From: Trichoplax sp. H2
Taxonomy: Eukaryota
Direction of reading: 5' to 3'
DNA length: 64,000 nt
Assembly: GCA_003344405.1 (NCBI GenBank)
Contig: NOWV01000014.1
Location: 124,001 to 188,000 of the forward strand
The notes under the pieces were generated by a model, which saw only the letters and a list, made by a program, of their open reading frames with translations, was not told the origin of the DNA and did no database searches. The position numbers were made by a program, and so were the translations under genes. The number at the start of each line of letters is the position of its first letter. Positions within the stretch are counted from its first letter, which is position 1. Positions 54,116-64,000 of the stretch are shown one piece after another.

Positions 54116-55344
54116 ATCACAATAACTGTAGAGATCGAGTCTTACAGTATACGGCTTAAATGGTTTAGCAAGAATAGTTCTCAATAACGTCATGCACTTT
54201 GAGCTTATTCGCAGTATACCGCCCTAATAGTTAATTTACTATTTAAGTAATATTCTTGGGAATATGATATCCGATGTATGAAATTAGACAAGACTTTCAT
54301 GTTATGGCTAATTACTAGGGTTAAACGATGAAATTACTCTAATTTAAGAGCATCTGAGAATCATCTTTTACTTATAGCGAACAAAAATTATATTTAATGT
54401 TCCAGAACTAATGATTAAGCGACAGGAAAGCCGTAAAGCTTGCTTTATCAAGATTGTTTGTCAATAGAGATCGCAAGCGAGAAAATAAAGTGCGGGAAGT
54501 AATGGCAATGGCAAACTAGAACCCGAATTTTAATAATATATTTATAAATTCATAGATTTAGTGTACGTTTTTCTATACAATCGAGATAAAATCAGAATGA
54601 AATGTCATGTGAAAGTATCTCATTAATTAGCAGCTATGATAGTGATAGTAATAAACAGAAGTTAGATTACTGTAACCATTTAAATTTTATCAGTGTATAT
54701 GCTTGGTTTAACAAATTGAAGCACTTTCGTACTCAAATATTGGCAACGTTCGGACTACGGATGACTAAATAAATATTGTTGAAAGGAATCATTTTGCATA
54801 TCCGGATATAGTAAATTTTGATTACCTGTGAACATCTGGATGCGAGAGCCGGTTCATAACGTAAAACAGTTGTATTGTTAGGCTAAACAATGGCAACGAA
54901 TCAACAATAAATAGGATTTTACTTCATAAGACTGAAAATCTAATAATCTTTATTGATGAAAGTGATATCTTTAAAGTGGGTAATTAAAACTAATACAGTT
55001 ATTATAAGTATGAACTTGATAAGAAAGCTCCCTACTTGTACTGCTGATTTATTGACTCTTGATTAAACGATCAATATATCGTAGTATGGAACACGAAAGT
55101 TATCAGCATTAGACTTATTTCCAGTAAATAAGTCACTTCAATTGATAATCAAATATAAAAAATACAATCTTAACCCTCTCCTAATTGAATATAACTTATG
55201 CATCTCTTAAATAAAGTCACGTATAACAAATACACTACAAGTTAATAGCATTACAATAAGTAAACGGCAATGATCAGAACGCCTAGTAATTACTTGTAAA
55301 TTAATTATTATTAGTGATCATGCTGCGAATGTCGGGCAACAATA

Positions 55345-58300
55345 CTACATCCATGGTTCCCATCCTTGCCATGTACGACCTAAAATATTGGGATCGGTAG
55401 CTTGATCAATAAGACAAGTGACTTGATCTTCAACTGAAAGATTGTCAGCTGGCATTCGAGCTCGTTCATTATATTGTTTATCCCCTAGCGCGAAACTCTC
55501 CAAAATAGATAAATGATGGCATAACCTAAGCTCATCCCTATATTAAACACACAAAATAGTAGTTAGCGATGCATTAGCAAGATAATTGATCTTATCTTAT
55601 GAAATTATTCCGTACTAAATTAGCAAACCTTGTTACAAAAGCTGGATTTGCTCCTTTCAATTTGCGTTTCGCAAAAGTAACCTTTTCACGAGGATACCAA
55701 CTAAAATCATCCGATTCTATTAAAGCAGTAATCAGTGCAAAGTTTTAGTTTAATGTAATGTTGCATTAAAACGGAAAGTACATTTCAGACTAAAATTGCA
55801 AACAAAAATAGATAATGAGCTCCCGATCTTTAATCGAAGTATGTGTATGAATTCCTTTATTTAAAGTAGTACAAATACGCATATATAGAACAATCTCACT
55901 ATACCAGTTCATTTCAAGACTAATTTATATTTATAAATCGGAAGAAATCATAACTTACTTTTAATCAATCAACATATATTATTTTACTTTAATTTATTGT
56001 AATACTGAACTAATTAAAGTTCACTATAATCATTACACTACAAGACTAATTGTAAATCAAAACAGATTATTAGTTACCTGTCTTTAAGCCCTGCTTAGCA
56101 TTTTGTCGGTTAGCAAAATTCTATTTAAAACATAGAAGAAATAAGACAGTGAATACCGGAGAAGGCGTTATGTCAATAATTGAAATATGCGTATTACGAA
56201 TCACTCAGGTTTACCTGCCAATCTAATGACGGTTCCTTAATAAAGACATCCATAGTGTTTACAAGCAGATCTGGTTTATTTCGTAGGGCACGCAATGTGT
56301 GAACCATACTACATTTCAATTGACCATTTTCTCGTAAAGGAAGCATTAAATTCAGCATTTGCCTCGTTAGACGGAACGGCATCAGTTCTGGTAGTGGCAA
56401 GAACTAATAAAAAAAAACCGATTTTAACATTGAGCTGCCTTTAATTAATAGATAACATGATTTAAGCTAGGCAGTTCCGACAAGCAGTAAGAAATAATAT
56501 GGATTAAGATCTAAGCTATAATAGAATGAAAACAAAATAAAGATTATACAACGGTATCCATCTGAAAAATTCCAACCAACATTTTACAAAGAGGCTGATT
56601 AACTACTTAGAGATCAATTCAGTCTCACAACAGAACAACGGAACTTGTATAACTTAACGTTATGCAAACTACAGCCCTTTAAATAATTTATTGCGTCATG
56701 ATGTTCATTCTGTTCATCGATATTTTCTAAAGTTTACCAAATTACCAAACTCCTCGTCACATTTATCGGCAATAGAATCTCCAGATAAAAAGTATATCGC
56801 AAAAATCTCTTTAACATTTTTATTTCATTTTTATCATTTCACTATACCTGAGTTGCTGACCCAAACGCATGGCCAAAATCGATACCAATCATACCACCAG
56901 TCAAACGATCAATCATGAAATTAGATAAATGACGATCACCAATACCAAGTAAATAATGGCATATAGATACAGTAGCATGAGTTCTTGCAAAATGCGATCG
57001 AAGCATGAGGTATGCCTCTGAAGAGGCAGATAACGCTACGAAACCTCGTCTGTGAGCAGAAAAAATTCAAAATAATCAAAAAGTTGCCGATCCAAATTAA
57101 AGTATATCTCACTTAATCTTTCTAGCATATTACGAATTACCGCAATAGATCCCACGGCACAGAATTCTCTCGGAATTTAAAGTGATTTTCTACTTCAGAA
57201 CGCTTAGCTTTTCTAAAAGTAATAAAAGATTGGTTCATAGAACTATATTTGCACCATTCCACACTTGCAATTGTACGGAATGAAGGGTTAATAAGCCTAC
57301 CTATACATCGATTGGTACATATAAACAGGGCCGCCTGCGCTACCAAATTTACCCAACCATTTAGAATAAAGTTGATGAGGTGAACTGTAAATTTAAAATC
57401 ATGACATTATTAAAAAACAATCACATAGTCATTATTAAGATAGCTTATCGATATCTTGCATTAATTACTTTTGACTGCTTAGATAATGCTGCTTCTCATG
57501 ATCTTCCATAGCGTCAGTAACAAATTCTTTTAACGTTATCGTATTCTTCATCCACTCGATCAATCCAAGCCTTTGAGTAAAATCATAGCAACATCAAATT
57601 ATAATTGTCATCGCCACTATAAGTACATAAGGATCACTCGTTCAACCTTTGAGTGATTGGTATAACTTGATAGGTGCGAAGTCTTAAATCTTGTTGACTA
57701 CAAATACTATCTTGCGCCAATATTTCATTCATGACACAGAAAAGCTAAAAGTACAGACCAAATATATGCGTGACAGAATTTAACTTTGATTGATATTATC
57801 AACATGAAAACAGCTTAATCGAGTTGTTAAACCTGCTCGATACGTTGATCCAAACGCAAATCTTCACCACATTTTACTAAGAATAAGTATTCCTTTTCGT
57901 CGTCTCCTTGAACTGTCAATCTTAACGGTTTACGTATTGATTTCAACACCAGTAACTATTAAAACGTAGATTTTTTAATTACATCAATTCCCAAAGTTTA
58001 GCAAGGAAACGATGACTTACTCTTTCACCAAAGCTAGCAATCTTAAGGTGATACTCAGGTAAAGGCTTTGATCTTCCAGTATATTGTCCTAATTGTACGC
58101 GTAAAATATTTCGTGTTAAATCTTACTTGGTAAATTAATGTCGTAAAAGATCTTAATAACTAGATATAAAATCATCGATAGGCCTACCGCATATTTTAAC
58201 AATGTTTACCTGGGACTTCAATAGAATAAGTAAAATTCGCTGCTTGGAAATTACTTAACCAAGGGCAATATTCTTTTAAATTTTCTGGCCTATTCTTAAT

Positions 58301-61300
58301 CTTTCCTGAAATTTCTTGTATCAATCTGGAAGCTATTTTCTCAAAATCCTAACAGATATCAAAATAATCTTCAATATCTGATAATCATTTCAACATAGAA
58401 TAATAGCAACAGACTTACAGAGGCTTTCATCGATTGTAATTTGCTGCCATCTTTTCCAAAATATTGCTCAATAACTTTTCCAAAGTGCTTCAAAATTGTA
58501 AACGTATTAAAATGAGCAAGCTACATTTCAATCTTTCTATCATGAATCAATCTTACCTGTATGAACCGACGCTTGTGTGACCCAAATTCAATCAATTCAC
58601 CAGACGTTAAAGATGAAGCAGCTTCTGATTCATTTGAAGCATCAACGAGTAAACCATCTCGCAACTTTTGGTAGCAAATCCTTATGCTTTCAGCTATAGA
58701 ACCAGACTTTTTCTTCAAACCTTTAACTTCGTCTACCCAATCCTATTATGGTAATCATCCAAAGGTACCGCAGTCATAACTAAAAAATCTATATCGCTCT
58801 ATCAATCAAAATAATTACGTTATAAGCATTATGAATCAATCTACCTTGAACACTAAATCGGGCTGAGACAGCTGCTCCAATGCTCGAACAAAACTCTCTA
58901 TGAGTGGCAGTTGTAATTTACTACTTAATCTATAAACCAAACCAAACGCATGATGATTTAACAATCTTTAACTTGAAGGATATAGAATACTTTATTAGAA
59001 ATTTATTATATGCAACGCACGATGACTTACTTTGATACTGCCGTCTTATTTTGGCGGCCTACAGATGTTTCTTCAAATGTATATTGCTCATTGCTAACTT
59101 TAAACGCGTAAATGATAGCCTTAGGACAACAGAATTAAAATTAGTCATAAGTTATAAAGAATCATAAGATTATCATTCGCAATCTAATTAAGCCTCAGCT
59201 ACATCATATGTAATTCTACCTGTGGATATTCATCAGCAATGCGGAATAAAATTTCCTGCACCGCTCTCGCTTCTGGCTTGTCTAATATTGCCATCATCTG
59301 ACTAATCCAACCAATAAACATCCAAGATGGAATTGCAGAACTCTATCAATTACGTATATATTTGAAAAAATTTTGTTATCAATGTTGCATCCAATAGAAA
59401 CTTATACTATATCCATTATAGTAATTATCTAAATATTATTTTGCTTCCGTAAGCCAAAAAATACACTGTATTATCCCAATAGGAAAGATTTGAACAATGT
59501 TCGTGCTATAACTGTATTTCAAATATCGATGACGTACTACTGGTTAAAATATCAACACTGTCTATAGACTACAATAAACTACTGTGACATAAAAGATCAT
59601 TTAAAACGTAATGCCTAGTACATCTGTGTTAAGAAATAATTCATCAGTGAACAGGTTTAAATACAAATAACATAATAATATTGTTGTTAAAAATATCTAA
59701 TATTAATATTAAACTGCCGGCTGGTGTAAAAGAGCTGTCTTTGGTTAAACCAATTAAGATTGTCAGTATAGTTATAGAAAACACGAAGCTACCAAATCAA
59801 CGCGAAAAAATTAGAACTATGTAGGCAAATAAGACATCCTAGTATCATCTATGATTGTATCTCATAAACAGACCTTCCTCATGAAACCATCAATAGTATT
59901 AGGATTACGCTCAACAATTTGCAACAAACGTGGAAAACGTTGACGTGCATCCATAGAGTTGTAAGCCATTGCTTCAAGCGTATAACGTATTATTACTTCC
60001 GGGAAAATCTAACAGAATATTATGATACAATAAGTAATCAGATAATATAATTCCCAGAACTCCCACAGAAAATCAAGCATATCCAGCATTACCTTAGTAT
60101 CAATAAGGCCTTTAGGTTGATCTATGGGATATATGATTCGAAGCATTAATGAAAGTATCAGGATAGAGGTACATACTAATTATAACTGATATCAATAATT
60201 AATATAAAAGTGTGTCATACTTGCTCGACCATCTTCTTCATGGCGTAGTATATCGTCACAAAAATTAACCATCATCATCATAGCTTCAATGTAGCTACTA
60301 TTCAATAAATAAATAAAACAGAGTTGCTGAGATCAATCATTAAACAATTTCACTTCACAAACCAGTCAAGGCGCTGAATTACCTTCCACCGCGTTCTTCC
60401 TTTGATGCTTTCACGGCTTGATGTAACGCTTGGCAAGCGTGAGATGTTAGTTTCGCCGCAATCTTTCAAAAACAAAGGAAGAAATATTTACAAATACCAT
60501 AACATCACTTAATCAAAGTAATTACAGGAACTAAAAGGCATACTTTTTCTTTAGAATCATGTTGATTCACATTTGCAAGCTGATAAAGAGATTCCTTTTT
60601 CTCATTCAATAAGTCCAAAATTGACGCATCTTTAAAAATCAACAGTTACAATATCCAACGTTAACAAACGATTGGTACAGGATATCAGCAATATTAACTC
60701 GAATTTTATGTATACGCGATAGTATGTTACCAGATTCTGCTAATATCTTGCTAGTCATGTCCAATAGTCGACTTCGAAGTAATAAATGCTCCCTCATCAA
60801 TGTAGTATTTTCTAATATCACACTCAAATCTTTAACTTTTTCTAGTAACAAAGTGTAAATGAAAGAGTAGCATAGAAAGTAATTAGTAAATTCTAAAAAT
60901 TGAAAATTGATAACCGACGAAATGTTAGATAGTAATATTTATAAGCTAGCATTGGGTAATGTGAGGCAATACCAAATTGCGAATTAGCAGTTAGTAACGT
61001 TTTTAAGCGTTCATCAGGTGGAGTCAGTAACGATTTATCACAATGGACTTTGGTATAAATATGTGTCCATTTGACAGTTAGTAATTCGTCTTTATCTAAC
61101 TCCTAGAAAGGTTAATTTGTAGAGTAGTTGATTAATAAGGTGTGAGGCACACAGATTAGCTTATTGCAAATCTGCACATGATAACGTATTCGTTACTGTA
61201 GTATAATTCTAAACGTGACTTACCTGATTAATATGATAAAGCGTTTGACGCAGATGTTTTATTGCGACAGGATAATTTGACTATCATCAAAAGGTAAGAA

Positions 61301-64000
61301 ATTACATCAACTGAAGTAAATTCTGTTATACTTATAATTTAATCAGCAAAAATTGGTTATAGAAATACTGTGTACCTGTAACCTAGCTGTATCTGCAAGT
61401 TTCAAATAGAGTGAAACTTCTTCTTCTGCTATTCGTTTCTTTAGGGCAGGAAAAGTATAAATCACTCTGTCTTCGCCATCGATCTCCATCGAATCCTCAG
61501 TACTATAAATATTAATAATATTAAAGTATTACCTCGAAAGAAACTTTATGATATGATTTAATCAAAAGTTCTCTTTCCAGTATCGGTGGAGTATTGTATT
61601 ATTTATTACTTAAGGAATACAATGTAAATACATGAAAGAAATTTACCTCGTAAAAGCTGTCTGAATGACTCTGTACTGCAATAAAATCTTACGCAAGTAC
61701 ATACACCTATTAAGAAAATAGCAGTTAGCTAATTGTACATTTAAGTAGCCATAACAATAACTTATATAAGCATTTATATAAGATAACCTATTAACGATAA
61801 CATCATCCCAGACATTAATAGGATCAATGACTTCATTAGGAAAACGTGTAGACCACTTGGATATTAAAGAAAGCACAGGTGTTACAGATTCAAAATTACC
61901 TATAATTCAAATTGCACAAAAGTTGAACAAAAAACAGTAAATCCAATATTCTTATACTGAACGAGAGTCAAGACTGAATAATTATAAGTAACTCACGTCC
62001 ATCGTCCATGAATTGCAAAAATTCTTGCATTTCAGTTAATGTTTGCAGAGATTGTAGTTTGGATGCACGACTATACAATAAAGTACTATCCAACGCAGAC
62101 CAATCCTAATATAAGATATGAAAAGTCTACAGTTAAATATATGACCTAAAATACTAGTAAAGGCATCATATGCCGTATACACAAAGTAAGGTAACAAATA
62201 ACAGTAACACAGCCAATCAAATATAATAAATTAAAAGATATTGCATAAGCATAACTAAATAAATTAATTGCACAGTCATGATCGCCATAGAATTTAGAAT
62301 ACAGCCCATGATCACAGTAATATTATAATTCTAGCTATACTGATAGCAAAGAAATGTGCAAATATAAGACAAGCCAGATTTAACGATTAATTGGGCTTAG
62401 TTCCATGCTGGTCAGCAATGAAATTAGATTATAATCAGACCTGCAAAAATTTCTGTATTGAGAAATCTAGGTAATAACGAGCACGATCGTACTTCTCCAA
62501 TAGAACATGGATTAGAGCAAGACAATCGCAATGGCGATTCTAAAAATGGGAAGCAAAGCATAAGGTATAAGTTTCTAGTAACATTGTGCCAATTGTATCC
62601 AGCAAATAAAAGATTTACACTTAACACAAATCAATTATTAAAATCTCTTTCCAAAGCCATTTTATTATCCGTTCTAATTACCTCTAAAACTGAGAGATGT
62701 TCGTCATTAGCAAGTGATTTGTTTAGATACTGAATAAAATCATCACTTCCAGCTAGGTCATTTTCGCACATGACCTTGGCCTTACTTTTCAAAAATAAGG
62801 GCAAATAATTCTCCTGATACAGATAAAATATTGTCTTTAGTTATTAAGAATCTTAATACCTTAATATTTTTATAGGTAAAAAATCAAACATCCTAAATAA
62901 AACTTTAAATATAGAGCGAGTATCAATACCTGATAGTAATTATCTTCCCATATTTTATCAAATGATGGTGGATCATTGTTATCAACGTTAACTAGCGACA
63001 GATATTCTAATTTATCCCACTGTGTCAAGTTATATAAGCACTGCATGATGAAATATAAGAGCAAAGACCATTAAGAAATTAGTCGAATTTATATGTACAT
63101 CTATGGATATGAGATAATGATAAAAATTTAACCTACTTCTAATCGAGAGATCTCCCATAGATCTTCTTCCTCCGCCTGTGGTTCACCGTCGGGCCAACTT
63201 GAACAATCCATAGCCTATCCATCAGAATGTTTTATTAAGATACTAGTTAAAACAGTATAGTCAGTTTACCGTATTAGGAATAATTCACTGGAGCGCTACA
63301 TTTCAAAACGTCGCCCCATAAAGCTCCAATATGACCACCTCAATTATTATGCACAGACGTTACCTGATTGTAGTATTTCACAGCCGCTGCATAATCATGA
63401 CGTGATTCCGCTTCTAAGGCTCGTTGAGTAATGTCTTTAGTGCCTAAATGTCCGCTAAATATGCCACGCAATACATCATAATATCCAATAGATTTGTATA
63501 ATTTGGATAATTCAATCCAATTACTCGTGGCTTCTGAGGCGCTTGACGTTTTAATACGCTTCGACGGAGGTTCCTCAGTATCTAGATGCATAATTTGCTT
63601 CTCCAAAAGTAAAATACCTTCCAATAATAAATATTGCAGCGTTAGACTTCATTCAATATTTCAAAATTTAACTCTCCTATTTATAAAAAGGCTCTTTTCA
63701 GCTAAAATTTTATACAGTACCTATTGGTTGCTGTGAACTAGCTAAGCTAGCTACGCTAGCAAAACTACTTTGAATTGATAGTTCTTTTTGCTGATAACAA
63801 ATATCCTAATACAGCAATAAAATACATACAGTAGAAATAAATAAGGCGGTTCACCTTGTGAGCTTGTGTGAGTTTATTGCAGTACAGTATTATCAGAAAC
63901 CGTAAGTAACTTACCTGAACACAGGCTATCAACGGAGGAAAGTAATGTTTCGACTTTTTGACAATATTACTAAGAGAAGCTTTAATTTCCGCTTTTGTCT
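55345..64000 (-). CDS. PRKDC: DNA-dependent protein kinase catalytic subunit, 3' portion (FAT, PIKK kinase, FATC), many exons; runs off the right edge
   Basis: C-terminus [18 protein letters not shown] (TAG 55347-55345). Kinase motifs [29 protein letters not shown]...[23 protein letters not shown] and [15 protein letters not shown]-region [21 protein letters not shown]. Confidence 0.96.

Larger units (their letters stand above)
41220..55005 (+). repeat. Three-unit segmental duplication (~4.5-5.2 kb period) carrying channel copies 4-6 with their flanks
   Basis: Upstream blocks match (gaaacacaatgaatcagcatt at ~42226, ~47436, ~51802; ccaagttgcta/taagttgcta). Downstream blocks match (atttaagtaatattct...aaattagacaagac at ~44591, ~49841, ~54241; 45090-45390 matches 54710-55005). 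Confidence 0.88.

Noticed and set aside
44772-54520. Possible short coding exon (AVKLALxRLFxNRDRKRE) downstream of copies 4-6, overlapping ORF 50059-50310
   Set aside because: Frameshifts and stops differ between the three copies and there is no shared start or splice site; the similarity is explained by the segmental duplication.
56691-63736. Plus-strand ORFs (56691, 62458, 63494) and other short antisense ORFs (e.g. 5892, 6207, 8315, 21410)
   Set aside because: Antisense shadows of real exons or chance ORFs with no recognisable protein features.

Overview
AT-rich, intron-containing eukaryotic (animal) DNA with compact genes; the composition and gene style suggest a placozoan such as Trichoplax (inference, not verifiable here). 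Left: the 5' part of MTRR (-), head-to-head with DNAJC9 (+), then UBXN4 (-), then a ~125-bp satellite block spanning a 20-N gap. Right: the 3' part (FAT/kinase/FATC) of DNA-PKcs/PRKDC (-). Between them (16.1-54.1 kb) is a tandem array of six intact three-exon inward-rectifier (Kir-fold) channel genes of 418-423 aa. All six lack the TIGYG potassium filter (CLGSD, CLGLS, CLGSE, CLSSE instead), and their motifs resemble prokaryotic KirBac more than animal Kir. They also share an N-terminal RRx(S/T)xP motif and an invariant G-loop Cys. This is the candidate novel system: an expanded family of KirBac-type, probably non-K+-selective channels in an animal genome. The intergenic DNA also holds a probable solo LTR with a 5-bp target-site duplication inside a long inverted repeat, segmental duplications and many degenerate tandem duplications.
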